DNA of 61,701 bases from a virus (Duplodnaviria; Caudoviricetes): positions 1-61,701 of the IMG/VR virus record IMGVR_UViG_3300043171_000134, one strand, 5' to 3'. Positions 8,932 to 18,266 of this stretch are shown here, in pieces. A model generated the notes under the pieces. That model ran no database searches and had not been told where the DNA came from. It saw nothing but the letters and a program-made list of their open reading frames with translations. Numbering within the stretch: the stretch's first letter is position 1; every line of letters begins with the position of its first letter. The position numbers were made by a program, and so were the translations under genes.

Positions 8932-8953
8932 CGGGACCGGAGGACAACCAGCA

Positions 8954-9493
8954 ATGGACAAAAAAGCATACGCCGGCAATGCCCGGTTCATCGAAATCGG
9001 TTCGCCAGGTGTTCCGTTTCGATTCACAGTCAACCTCGATACGCTCGAAGGTCTGCGCTTCGAGGAAAAACTGGAAGTGGTCAAACTGCCAGTGCCGGGA
9101 ACGGGTGTTGGTGACATTCCGCTTGAACATACAGAACAAGTTCAGAGCGCCGGCTGGTCCGTGATACTGCTGATCGGCGGTCATATGAACAATATCGACT
9201 TTCCATCCATCGAACCGGCAATGGCTTGCTACAACGCGATTATGAGCATGATCAACGCTATCGGTGTGCCATTGGTCTGCGGTACGAAGCTGCTGCCGCC
9301 TAAACCGCCCCCGGCTATCGTCGGCGCTGATGGCAAGGCTATGGATGCGGTCAAAGCGGCAGTCGAGTCTGCCGGCATCGAAACTGGCGAGGCCGGCGAG
9401 GATCTGCTGGACCCGGTGATAGACGATGAGTCGCCGATGTTGAGCGATGAAGAACTGGAAGCACTGACAGCTCCGGATGAAGATCCGAAATGA
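8954..9493 (+). CDS. Hypothetical protein
   Basis: GGAGG RBS before ATG 8954; acidic tail. Confidence 0.65.
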   Translation: MDKKAYAGNARFIEIGSPGVPFRFTVNLDTLEGLRFEEKLEVVKLPVPGTGVGDIPLEHTEQVQSAGWSVILLIGGHMNNIDFPSIEPAMACYNAIMSMINAIGVPLVCGTKLLPPKPPPAIVGADGKAMDAVKAAVESAGIETGEAGEDLLDPVIDDESPMLSDEELEALTAPDEDPK

Positions 9494-9660
9494 GATTCAC
9501 CTGGCGTTTGTTTATGTGCGTGATGGGCGACCACAGCCCTAGCCACGAATGGAAGGATATTTTCGCCGGCAAGCAGATTCGCGAGTGTGTCAACTGCGGC
9601 AAAATCGTGGAAGAACGGGCCGGCAGACCTATCGAGAAGTCTGGGAGATTGAAGCGATGA
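9490..9660 (+). CDS. 56-aa zinc-finger-like protein
   Basis: Hand translation with C....H and CVNCG; ATGA overlaps at both ends. Confidence 0.55.
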   Translation: MRFTWRLFMCVMGDHSPSHEWKDIFAGKQIRECVNCGKIVEERAGRPIEKSGRLKR

Positions 9661-9875
9661 CTGTCCGAGTAAAGAAGTCAGATCCACCGGAGACTACCGA
9701 AATACTGGCCGACTCCATCGTCCGTATCAGCGCGGCACTGACCAAACTGGACGCGACAGGCGTGAATCGAAAAGCAATCGTGATCCTGATTCAAGCCGCG
9801 ACCAAATTATCACGGCGAGATATTGAGGCTGTGCTCGACGCGCAGAAACGACTGGCTGCGTGGTATTGCCGGTGA
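9657..9875 (+). CDS. Hypothetical protein
   Basis: ATGA overlap; helical 72 aa. Confidence 0.6.
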   Translation: MTVRVKKSDPPETTEILADSIVRISAALTKLDATGVNRKAIVILIQAATKLSRRDIEAVLDAQKRLAAWYCR

Positions 9876-10108
9876 CCGGGCAGACGTATGATTACAAGCC
9901 CAAGTTTCCGGAGGTATTGAAAATGAGTGAAGATAAGATCCCGTATGCGGAGCTGGACAGACCGATAGATATCCCGCTTCTGGAAGACAACACGACAGTT
10001 TCGATGGGGAATATGCACTGGCACTTCCATCGAGAAAAGCCGTTCACATGGTTGCAGATCAAGCTATTGAGAATTTGTCTTGGCCTCACAGTCTCGAAAA
10101 ACGGCTAA
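9872..10108 (+). CDS. Hypothetical protein
   Basis: GTGA overlap; start uncertain. Confidence 0.45.
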   Translation: MTGQTYDYKPKFPEVLKMSEDKIPYAELDRPIDIPLLEDNTTVSMGNMHWHFHREKPFTWLQIKLLRICLGLTVSKNG

Positions 10109-10128
10109 AATCACAAAGGCATACATCA

Positions 10129-10338
10129 ATGAACAGCTACAAATTTGAAGTCGAATGTCCGTATTGCCATTTCAAGCAAACCATCGTCACCGATGTGGTC
10201 AACAATCCGATGAGCAACCATTCCGAGATCATCAACTGTGATGCCGAGGAAGGTGGTTGCGATCTGGAATTTGCTATCAAGTGGCAGCTCTATCCGCGCT
10301 ATCAAACCTTCACGCTGAATCCGCTCAAAGTCGCCTGA
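10129..10338 (+). CDS. Small zinc-ribbon protein
   Basis: CPYC...CDAEEGGC; immediately upstream of the primase gene. Confidence 0.65.
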   Translation: MNSYKFEVECPYCHFKQTIVTDVVNNPMSNHSEIINCDAEEGGCDLEFAIKWQLYPRYQTFTLNPLKVA

Positions 10339-10341
10339 CCA

Positions 10342-13128
10342 GTGGCGCGGATCTTCCGCATTTCAACCGGGCCATCCCGGTTGTCAACCCGCTTGAAGCG
10401 GCGCAAGGTGTCGTGGGCGAAGCTCGCGACTAAGCTGCAAACCTATCACCAGATCGACCACACCTACGAGCAGTACATGGCGTTCGATCGCGAGCGGCAG
10501 GCGCAGCTCAAGGACGTAGGCTATTACATAGGCGGCTGGTTCAAGGGATCGAAGCGGCTACAGTCTGAAATGACCCGGCGCTCCCTGATCACATTGGACG
10601 CTGACCATTTGGATTCGTGGGATATCGACGCCGTGATCGACGCCTATAAGGATTATGAGTTCGTCGCGCATTCGACCATGAAGCACAGCCCTGACACCCC
10701 GCGGCTGCGCATCGTATTTCCGCTCCACCAGGACATTAAGCCAGCTCAGTATGAGCCGGCATCCCGCGCGCTGGCGAACTGGCTCGGCATGGACTGTTAT
10801 GACGACACCACATTCCAGCCGGCGCGCATCATGTTCTGGCCGGCCGTCACTTCGGATGGTGAGATCTGGAAGCACCACAATGAGGGCGAACTGGTCAACC
10901 CTGAAATGCTGCTAGAAATGTACGACGACTGGCAGGACTTCGGCGAGTGGCCGCACTCCAAACGCGTCGATAAGCTGCGGCCGGCAGCTCGGGAAGCGGA
11001 AGACCCGCTCACCAAACCCGGCATCATTGGCGCATTCAACCGCACCTACGACATTCACGCTGCAATCGCGCAGTTCGAGCTACCTTATGAAACGACCGAC
11101 TTTGATAACCGTTATCGACCCTTTAACGCTACGGGGCCATCGGGCGCTGTTGTATATGACGATGTATTCCTCTACTCACACCATGAATCTGATGTGGTTG
11201 GACACCAGAATGTCAATGCGTGGGATCTCGTCCGCATTCACAAGTTTGCGGATCTCGATGCCAACACGGACGAAGACGAAACGCCGATGATGAAGCGGCC
11301 ATCATCGAAGCAGATGATGGCGCTGGCGATGAACGTACCGGAAGTGGCGTATGAGCTGCGCTACGGTGAGCTGTCCGACCTCGATGCAAGCGAGGCCCGA
11401 CCCTCGGCATCCCCTACTCCAACAAAGGCAAACCCATCGAAAGACGAAACCGGAAAGTCGGACCTCACATTCAAGAGCCTACTCGGCGAAATCTCTGCGA
11501 TCAACGTCGATGCGACAAACCTTTATGACGTATGCCAATCCGAAATCCCCCGAATCGCTGCTGCGCGGCTGGACCCGCAGGAGGATTCCATACTTGCCGG
11601 TGCGCTGCGCGAAAAATATCCCGCTCCGAAACCGACCAAAAGCAGCCTTGAAAAATCCATCGACATCACCGGCAAGCGACTGACCGCAGTTCTCGCAGAC
11701 GGTGAAGGCGGGATCGCTGATATTGAGCAGGAACTTGTGCAGGCTGTTCTCGATGATCACTTCGAAGGCGGGAAGACCATCAAGCGAATCGGACGCAAAT
11801 ACTGGACATATGAACGTGGTCTTTGGGCCATCACCAGTGACGAACGGATCAAAGGATGTACCGTCAAAACGCTCTCCCGACTTCGGGTGGAACGTCCCGA
11901 CGATGTGCTGCAACTGGTGGCTGCGGTGGGCGAGAGTAAAACCAGCACGCTCACCAGGGCGCTGTTTGATATGGAATGTAGCATCCTTGCGGAACGGGAG
12001 AAGCGGGACGACCCGCTCGGCCTCATGCGGACATTTCCGCTGCCAATAATCAACTGTCTGAACTGTGAAGTGCATTTCAATTACAAAGGGAAGATGAAAC
12101 GCAAGCAGCATAACCCGGACAATTTCTTCACGATACGGGTGGACACTGAATACGATCCGGATGCCGAATGCCCTGAGTGGGACCGCTTCAACGAGATAAT
12201 CTGGTCCGAGTCCAGTGACCCCAAAGATATGCAGCGGCATCTGGAAGAACTCGGAGGCTATGTGATCCAAATGTCCCGCTGGCTGAAAACGTGGGTGCTG
12301 TTCCACGGTCCGAAAGACACCGGCAAATCGACCGTCGCCGAAGTCCTGAATCAAATGCTCGGCTCCGCTTATCTCGCACAGGATTTCGGCAAATTCAACG
12401 AGAAGAACAGATCCACTTTCGCTGAATCCAATCTGATCGGCAAGCTGGCTATTGTGGACGACGACTACAGTCGCACGGCATCCCTGCCGGACGGATTCAT
12501 CAAGAAGGTCAGCGAGGAAAAATCCATGACGGCCGATATCAAATGGGGCGAATCGCTGAAATTTGTATCGCGGGCGTTACCCATGATCCTCGCGAACCAT
12601 TTTCCGAGGACCGCAGATATCTCCGATGCCCTGAACGAGCGCGCACTGGTATTCCCGTTTTACCATCGCATTGCCGGCGCCGACAGATCAGATAAACGCC
12701 GCGCCAGGATGATGGACGAACTGCCCGGCATACTGGTGCGATTCATCGCCGGCGTCCGTCGCCTGCGAAAGCGCGGCGCTTGGGATATCCCGCTCGATTG
12801 CGGCGTCGCCCACGGTGAATGGGAGTTCCATGCGAACCCGCTCAACGCATTTATGAAAGAGTGCATCTTCCTCGATCCGGAAAATCAGGTCGAACCGAAG
12901 CTGGCGCTGGAAGCGTACAAGCACTGGCTGGCCGAGAACGAAACGACCAAAGGCTCCATTCACGGACTCGGGCGCAATGAGCTGTTCACGCGCCTCGATC
13001 AGCTGCTCGGCGAACGGAGTTCTGTCGGCGGTCACCGAAAAGCGTGGAAAGGGTGGCGTTTGGTAGATCCGAGATTTGCGGACGTTGAAATTATTTCGGA
13101 TTCCGAATGGGACGATTCCGATGATTAG
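10342..13128 (+). CDS. Primase-polymerase fused to a D5/P4-type SF3 helicase
   Basis: N-terminal LDAD, HST.KH...PRLRIVFPL, D.TT....RIMFWP; C-terminal Walker A GPKDTGKST, Walker B IVDDD, motif C LAN. Confidence 0.9.
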   Translation: MARIFRISTGPSRLSTRLKRRKVSWAKLATKLQTYHQIDHTYEQYMAFDRERQAQLKDVGYYIGGWFKGSKRLQSEMTRRSLITLDADHLDSWDIDAVIDAYKDYEFVAHSTMKHSPDTPRLRIVFPLHQDIKPAQYEPASRALANWLGMDCYDDTTFQPARIMFWPAVTSDGEIWKHHNEGELVNPEMLLEMYDDWQDFGEWPHSKRVDKLRPAAREAEDPLTKPGIIGAFNRTYDIHAAIAQFELPYETTDFDNRYRPFNATGPSGAVVYDDVFLYSHHESDVVGHQNVNAWDLVRIHKFADLDANTDEDETPMMKRPSSKQMMALAMNVPEVAYELRYGELSDLDASEARPSASPTPTKANPSKDETGKSDLTFKSLLGEISAINVDATNLYDVCQSEIPRIAAARLDPQEDSILAGALREKYPAPKPTKSSLEKSIDITGKRLTAVLADGEGGIADIEQELVQAVLDDHFEGGKTIKRIGRKYWTYERGLWAITSDERIKGCTVKTLSRLRVERPDDVLQLVAAVGESKTSTLTRALFDMECSILAEREKRDDPLGLMRTFPLPIINCLNCEVHFNYKGKMKRKQHNPDNFFTIRVDTEYDPDAECPEWDRFNEIIWSESSDPKDMQRHLEELGGYVIQMSRWLKTWVLFHGPKDTGKSTVAEVLNQMLGSAYLAQDFGKFNEKNRSTFAESNLIGKLAIVDDDYSRTASLPDGFIKKVSEEKSMTADIKWGESLKFVSRALPMILANHFPRTADISDALNERALVFPFYHRIAGADRSDKRRARMMDELPGILVRFIAGVRRLRKRGAWDIPLDCGVAHGEWEFHANPLNAFMKECIFLDPENQVEPKLALEAYKHWLAENETTKGSIHGLGRNELFTRLDQLLGERSSVGGHRKAWKGWRLVDPRFADVEIISDSEWDDSDD

Positions 13129-13209
13129 CCGGCGAAATGTGTGGTTTTGGCGTTATTTTCCGAAAAACTTGGGGAATTAGCACCGGCGACAGCCCCCGGT
13201 ACGCCGAAA

Positions 13210-13331
13210 GTGATGTTTGTGAAGTTCTTCTCCTACTTATATTTATCGCGGGAGAATTTTTTTATTAAAAAGAGAAGTAGTACACATTCCCGTATATAAA
13301 AGAAATAGGGAAAAAACATCACAAACATCAT
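13210..13331. repeat. 45-bp imperfect inverted repeat around an AT-rich core; candidate replication origin
   Basis: Arms 13210-13254 and 13287-13331 match at 31/45 positions ungapped by hand count, with core TCACAAACATCA; lies between convergent genes just after the primase-helicase. Confidence 0.65.
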
Positions 13332-13351
13332 CCCCGGCACTTTCCGAAAAA

Positions 13352-13561
13352 TCAGGTGTACAGCACCAGCCAGTCCCGAAGTCGCATCTTTGACGCTTTC
13401 AGTTCGGCGAGCAGAGCGCTCCATTCGGCAACCGTCCATTCGCGTTGACCATTTGCAGCCAGCTCGAGTATTTCATCCGAGATCCAATCGTCCCGGCAAA
13501 TGGCGCGTCGGACCAACAGATGCCCGTAGTCGGACAACTGCTGGTCAGGACACCCAATCAT
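13352..13561 (-). CDS. Hypothetical protein
   Basis: ATGA overlap. Confidence 0.5.
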   Translation of the reverse strand: MIGCPDQQLSDYGHLLVRRAICRDDWISDEILELAANGQREWTVAEWSALLAELKASKMRLRDWLVLYT

Positions 13562-13752
13562 GTCAGTCTCGGCTGACGGCACTTGGGGAACAGGTGAGGC
13601 GCGTCAGGGTCGTGTTCTGGTTCGTGTCCGCTACCGCCGCATCGGCCGCAGAAGGCGAGTGCCTTTCCGACCCATACCATTCCGTCACCGGTACATCGAG
13701 TGCAGGGGTCGTCACAGATATCTCTCTTGTCGGGCTGTGAGTAAGATCGCAT
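13558..13752 (-). CDS. DnaJ-type zinc-finger protein
   Basis: CTRCTGDG and CGRCGGSG (two CxxCxGxG motifs). Confidence 0.6.
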   Translation of the reverse strand: MRSYSQPDKRDICDDPCTRCTGDGMVWVGKALAFCGRCGGSGHEPEHDPDAPHLFPKCRQPRLT

Positions 13753-13753
13753 T

Positions 13754-14185
13754 TCAGCTCCCCCTGGGTGACGCGTAGTCGCCGGCAATCGCCGGGTCTA
13801 GCTTGCCGTAGAAGTCGATCTCTTTCAGCCGGCATTGACCGTCGCACTCCGAACACCAGTGACCCTTGTCGCATGTGTCGTGGACGATGAAGTCCTGATG
13901 CCACGGACTGAATTCGACCATTGCTTCAACGCCAATCTCGCTGCCGCCGCAACTGTCGCAGACATAATCAATCGGCGTTTTTGTCGGCTGCTTGCGTTTC
14001 CCGAGGAATTCCAATCGAGCTTCGGACACGATGAACTCAGGGACAGGATCACCGTCGTCGTAGAACCATTCATCGGACGATTCCCAATCCAGTCCGGTGC
14101 GTCCCATTGCGTCGTAAACTTGCTGGTATGCGTCGTCGAGCTGCGTCGTGTCTAGGTCAATGCAAACTACTATTCTTGTGCTCAT
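13754..14185 (-). CDS. Hypothetical protein with zinc ribbon
   Basis: CDSCG...WCSEC; AAGGA RBS. Confidence 0.7.
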   Translation of the reverse strand: MSTRIVVCIDLDTTQLDDAYQQVYDAMGRTGLDWESSDEWFYDDGDPVPEFIVSEARLEFLGKRKQPTKTPIDYVCDSCGGSEIGVEAMVEFSPWHQDFIVHDTCDKGHWCSECDGQCRLKEIDFYGKLDPAIAGDYASPRGS

Positions 14186-14207
14186 GTCGGGATTTCCTTT
14201 AGCCAGG

Positions 14208-14525
14208 TTAAACTTCTACGTCGATTACTTCCCAATTCGTGTCCGTCGATCCGTTGTCTCCGATGATCGTCACGAATTGCGGTTCGCCCCAAAAGATCAC
14301 AGCCAGCTTGCCGCAAAATCCCGGCCCATCTGAAATGTAATCTTCGCGTACCATGATTTCGTCACAGGTCAAATACTTGATGCGATCCAGAATGTAATCG
14401 TCATTCGGATATCGAGCGTTTAATGCGACTCCGATTGCTATCAGTTCCAGTCCGTTTGCCGGCCGAATTTCGCCGGGCAGGATGGTTCCTGCATCTGATT
14501 TTGATAGTCCTAGTGGGTCATTCAT
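14208..14525 (-). CDS. Hypothetical early protein
   Basis: DYISDGPGFCG motif; ATGA overlap. Confidence 0.65.
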   Translation of the reverse strand: MNDPLGLSKSDAGTILPGEIRPANGLELIAIGVALNARYPNDDYILDRIKYLTCDEIMVREDYISDGPGFCGKLAVIFWGEPQFVTIIGDNGSTDTNWEVIDVEV

Positions 14526-14812
14526 GCCCTGTCCCTCTCTTTGATTATTTCGATGATAATGTCGTCCAGCAATTCGCCAGTCTGTGAATGGTCTGCACGG
14601 TTGAAGTCGTGGCATACCGTGAAAATTTCGCCTTCGGTGAGCTGCGTACCGTCATTAAAATGTGACGCACTGTTTTGAATTTCTTCTACTGAATAACCAA
14701 TGTGTGCCGGAAAATCACGGCGAAAGTTTTCCTGTGTGTGGATGCTATCTTCTAATGCTTGTGCCAGATTCGGCATTGGGTCGTCGCCTAGTGTGTTTCG
14801 TGGGTCATTCAT
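14522..14812 (-). CDS. Hypothetical acidic early protein
   Basis: GGAG RBS; operon packing. Confidence 0.6.
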   Translation of the reverse strand: MNDPRNTLGDDPMPNLAQALEDSIHTQENFRRDFPAHIGYSVEEIQNSASHFNDGTQLTEGEIFTVCHDFNRADHSQTGELLDDIIIEIIKERDRA

Positions 14813-14975
14813 GCTGGTTCTCCGTGGGTTTGGGATGATAATTTTCCAGAATCTTTTCGCTATCATCTATCGCTTGTTGGGCTTGCTTATTTATCTCTCG
14901 CATAATGTCTTCGTATTCAAAGCGAGAAATAACACCCTGCAACCAAAGGATGCGTGTGTATTTTTCAAAGTTCAT
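14805..14975 (-). CDS. 56-aa hypothetical protein
   Basis: Hand translation MNFEKYTRILWLQG...; GGGAG RBS, ATGA overlap. Confidence 0.55.
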   Translation of the reverse strand: MNFEKYTRILWLQGVISRFEYEDIMREINKQAQQAIDDSEKILENYHPKPTENQHE

Positions 14976-15253
14976 GCTGTCTCCCCTTTCATGTGTGAAT
15001 CGTTTTCGTTAGTCCAGTCGAGCTGTGCTTGGATGCTTTCGATTGAATCGCAGATGTGCTGGTGCAGATCGGCCCGCTTATAACTGCGCGGCGCCGATAG
15101 ACGTTTTCTAACGTGCGCTGTCACTGATCCGCGTGAAAATTTCAGCCCCTTCATTTCAAGGCCGATAGCGTATTTCCATTGCAATAGCTGAAACATGGGA
15201 ACGGTAATCAGTTCCCCCTGGTGGTTGTAAATTCGGACATTCATACCATTCAT
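14972..15253 (-). CDS. Hypothetical early protein
   Basis: LEMKGLKFSRGS motif; ATGA overlap. Confidence 0.65.
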   Translation of the reverse strand: MNGMNVRIYNHQGELITVPMFQLLQWKYAIGLEMKGLKFSRGSVTAHVRKRLSAPRSYKRADLHQHICDSIESIQAQLDWTNENDSHMKGETA

Positions 15254-15477
15254 CTGCAAGTCTCCAAATTGCCAACGTGAACATTGCGTTGCGTACCATC
15301 ATCGAATCTGATCGTTGCCAGTTTCGTTTCCGGCCCGAGCTGCACAAAGTCGATGATGCTTCCCCTTGCGAATGGCCCGAATGCTGTCGGTGGTTCGTCG
15401 CCTGTGAATTGTCCAGTGTTGCGGCAATGCGCCGACGATAGTCGTACCCTGTCTCCGATTTCTCTAGGTGCTGTCAT
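15250..15477 (-). CDS. SH3-like hypothetical protein
   Basis: IGDRVRL...IRFDDG...V...NLE. Confidence 0.6.
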   Translation of the reverse strand: MTAPREIGDRVRLSSAHCRNTGQFTGDEPPTAFGPFARGSIIDFVQLGPETKLATIRFDDGTQRNVHVGNLETCR

Positions 15478-15659
15478 TTTTTCGATTCCTCTGGTGTGTA
15501 TAGTTTGATGCCGCCCTGCCTTGTGAATTTCATCCCTGATTCGACAATGTTGCGCGGCAATTTTCGTGATGCTGTGCATTTATTCAATGCCCGAGTAATG
15601 TGAAACCGGAAACGTCCTGTCTCCGGCTGCCGATAAACGGCGCAATAACGCCGCGCCAT
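15474..15659 (-). CDS. Basic hypothetical protein
   Basis: TAATG and ATGA overlaps with its neighbours. Confidence 0.5.
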   Translation of the reverse strand: MARRYCAVYRQPETGRFRFHITRALNKCTASRKLPRNIVESGMKFTRQGGIKLYTPEESKK

Positions 15660-16225
15660 TAAATGACACCGGCGCGGCGTAATCCTTCGGCAAAATCCGG
15701 AACATCATCAAGCCGGCCGGCTGGCGCGAAATGATTGTGGCCCGATGTGCTGCCGCCATAATCCTTGCGCCCATCACAAGTGCGGAACATGATTTCGTGA
15801 CCCGGCCCGAGACACGACTGCGACACCTGAACGTACAGACTGTCGGTGTGTAGTGTGATTTCTCCGGGTACTGCAATGCCGCCCTTGTTGCTGCGAATGT
15901 CGTATTCGCTTCCTTCTAAGCCGATCACCTTTGCCAATCTTTTGAGCTGGCGCGCGGCCCGGTGGTGAAACTTGAGCTTGCGCGCATCACCCTCGCGACT
16001 GTATGCGTCGATTGGAACTGATACGAGTTCGGCTAATGTATCGGCCTGGCGCACTTCGTCCTGCTTGATGTGTTGCATTGCTTCATCGCAATCGAATCGA
16101 ATGCAATTCAGCAAGTCCCACACTTCTCCAACGTCTGTATATTCGGCCGCTTCGCATTTGTCGTGAAAGACTGCGATTTTGTCCGAGATAATGTGCAGAA
16201 TTTCTGCGTCTGTGTTGTCAGTCAT
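15659..16225 (-). CDS. Hypothetical early protein
   Basis: 188-aa ORF with RSNKGGIAVPGEITLH motif. Confidence 0.75.
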   Translation of the reverse strand: MTDNTDAEILHIISDKIAVFHDKCEAAEYTDVGEVWDLLNCIRFDCDEAMQHIKQDEVRQADTLAELVSVPIDAYSREGDARKLKFHHRAARQLKRLAKVIGLEGSEYDIRSNKGGIAVPGEITLHTDSLYVQVSQSCLGPGHEIMFRTCDGRKDYGGSTSGHNHFAPAGRLDDVPDFAEGLRRAGVI

Positions 16226-16413
16226 AGTCCTATGCCTTTGAAGTTGTAATTTCCGGCGCGGATCGCGTCGTCGTCTGCGTCAACTGCGGTCTTGTATTCC
16301 GGCCGCTTGCGTTCCCTGCTTTTGCAGTCCATACAAATTATGTCGGTGTTAAACATCGACATAATTGTGCTGCGGGTTTCCTTAAAACAACGGTCGCAAA
16401 TAGTCATGGTCAC
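16222..16413 (-). CDS. Small zinc-finger protein
   Basis: CDRC...MSMFNTDIICMDC; ATGA/GTGA overlaps. Confidence 0.7.
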   Translation of the reverse strand: MTMTICDRCFKETRSTIMSMFNTDIICMDCKSRERKRPEYKTAVDADDDAIRAGNYNFKGIGL

Positions 16414-16892
16414 AGTCTCCCTGCTTTTTCGGCGTCGAATACTTTCAGTGCCGTGGTGAATTGAATTCCTGTAGCTTTTTGGATGTGTCTCACCCGTTCA
16501 ATGTCAACGCGGCATAACAGCACCCCGCACCCCCTCACACCTTCGCCATTAGGCCCGATGGTCAAGTGCTGACTTCGCGACTTCGCCCGAATGCCGTAAT
16601 AGTGTGCGGTGTATCCGCCGGCCCGGTACGTCATTGCACTCGCCCAGGTGTGTATCGCTATGCCGAGAATGCCGCAAGCTGTATCAATTTTAATCCAGTC
16701 ATGCGTTTCCGGTAGTAAGCTGCGGCCGATCAATTCGGCATCGGTGCTTGCGCCATTTTCTGCGCGTTTGCACACTATCTCGAATGCGACCCCGTTGGCG
16801 TCTGCCAATGCTGCCAGCTTGTGAAAATCCAGCCCGTTTGCCTTGCGATAATTCGCCAGCCGGACTGCCTCGCCTAACCTCATATTGCTCAT
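16410..16892 (-). CDS. Hypothetical early protein
   Basis: 160-aa ORF in a tightly packed operon. Confidence 0.65.
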   Translation of the reverse strand: MSNMRLGEAVRLANYRKANGLDFHKLAALADANGVAFEIVCKRAENGASTDAELIGRSLLPETHDWIKIDTACGILGIAIHTWASAMTYRAGGYTAHYYGIRAKSRSQHLTIGPNGEGVRGCGVLLCRVDIERVRHIQKATGIQFTTALKVFDAEKAGRL

Positions 16893-17569
16893 GGTGTACC
16901 CCTTGCTATTTTGTCAACTTCTAACCGTTTGCGTCCCTTCGCTTTGAACCCGATCAAGTAGTCCCTTCTCGACAGGTAGCACAAGCCACAATTGGCGCAT
17001 GTGACTCGGCTTGTATTCTCTGCGGGGCATTGGACAATTTTCCGGCCGCGCGGCGTCTGCGTCACCTTGCCGGCATCCAACGGGATCACCACTACCGTGG
17101 GTATGCCGGAGTCTGCAAGTGTGTCCGCATGTGCCGCGTTATCGGCCGATAAATTGACGGTAAATCCGGCCGCATTCGCGGCCCGAATCGCGGCCCGATT
17201 TCGCCGCTTCCCAATGCTCTTATGTGTGTATGTGAATCCGCGCCGGCCGCGATTGGCTTTAACAAGTCTCGCCAGCTCGGTCGCGTTTATGTGGTCGCCA
17301 GGGCCGGGTAAATCGCCGGCTTGATTGTGCCGCCATAGCATCTGGCCCGGTATTGTCCTGATATGCCGGCAGAGCATATCCAGTGATATGCCGCGCGCGC
17401 CGCTGCTAACGCGTTGCCAATGCCAGCCTATTGGCCCGCCCTCGGCATAGCATCCGTGACCCCGTAACGCACAGTCAGGCGGGCAAGTGTCGGCGCTTGT
17501 GGTGGTGACGGGTATCGGCCCCGTTTTACGGTTAGCCGATACCCTGCTGAAATGGTAAAACGTCGCCAT
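16889..17569 (-). CDS. Cys-rich GP88-like (radical-SAM-like) phage protein
   Basis: N.KTG, TCPPDC......CYA, R....GD, YTH, NLS, CPA......TCANCGLC; TAATG overlap supports a start at 17569. Confidence 0.65.
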   Translation of the reverse strand: MATFYHFSRVSANRKTGPIPVTTTSADTCPPDCALRGHGCYAEGGPIGWHWQRVSSGARGISLDMLCRHIRTIPGQMLWRHNQAGDLPGPGDHINATELARLVKANRGRRGFTYTHKSIGKRRNRAAIRAANAAGFTVNLSADNAAHADTLADSGIPTVVVIPLDAGKVTQTPRGRKIVQCPAENTSRVTCANCGLCYLSRRDYLIGFKAKGRKRLEVDKIARGTP

Positions 17570-17931
17570 TACGGCATAACGTCCGCAAGCGTCTGATTGT
17601 TGAAATATAGATCCCGTTCGACTTTCAAGCCGGCATAGCCGCGTATTTCTTCCAATTGACTTAGCAGCACATAACCGAGTTCGGCGCACTGGTCGTCACC
17701 TAAATTGCAGAATGCGAATAAATGCCAGTCCTGCGCCTTGTCCGGTGTGCAGGGTTCACCGTTCACGGAATCCAACGGTGTGCCGGTCACGACGTACCAT
17801 GTAGCACTCGCCCACGGTGTGAATAGTTTCACAACAATGGGCTGGTCGTTGCCGCTTCGATTTTGATGCGCTAAGAATTCTTGATCAGCCGCGTATAGTT
17901 TCGCGGCTATTGCTTTCGTGATTAGTTTCAC
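17569..17931 (-). CDS. DUF2958-like protein
   Basis: VVKLFTPW..ATWY, ELGYV.L.QLE, VERDLYF. Confidence 0.8.
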   Translation of the reverse strand: MKLITKAIAAKLYAADQEFLAHQNRSGNDQPIVVKLFTPWASATWYVVTGTPLDSVNGEPCTPDKAQDWHLFAFCNLGDDQCAELGYVLLSQLEEIRGYAGLKVERDLYFNNQTLADVMP

Positions 17932-18266
17932 GGTGTTTTCTCCTTGTAGTGGGGGACTAAATCGGGTCTGAGCGTGTGCAGGGTCGCCAGTAAGCTGCGT
18001 TGATAGCCTGACCGGGGTTTGTATCCGCTAACGTATGAATTGCCGGCGTCGTCCAATGCTGCGGAAATATTGCAGCACTTGAATTCGTATGAGCCGCGTG
18101 ACCTGTTGACCAGTGCCGGCAACGTGCGCCGGCATAGTTCGGCCTTATTCACAGCCAGCCCGTTATTTTGAGCGTCGAGCAAAACGGCATAAGCCGAACA
18201 GATCGCAATCTGTTCGGCCTTGCTCCATGCCTTTGGGCGCGTCACAAAATGCCTCGGCTGGCGCAA
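17928..18266 (-). CDS. Stand-alone homologue of the N-terminal domain of some HNH/NO VEIN-type nucleases (start uncertain)
   Basis: WS..E......AY..L...NKAE...RS..S.EFK..NISA.L...G....GYKP. Confidence 0.6.
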   Translation of the reverse strand: MRQPRHFVTRPKAWSKAEQIAICSAYAVLLDAQNNGLAVNKAELCRRTLPALVNRSRGSYEFKCCNISAALDDAGNSYVSGYKPRSGYQRSLLATLHTLRPDLVPHYKEKTP

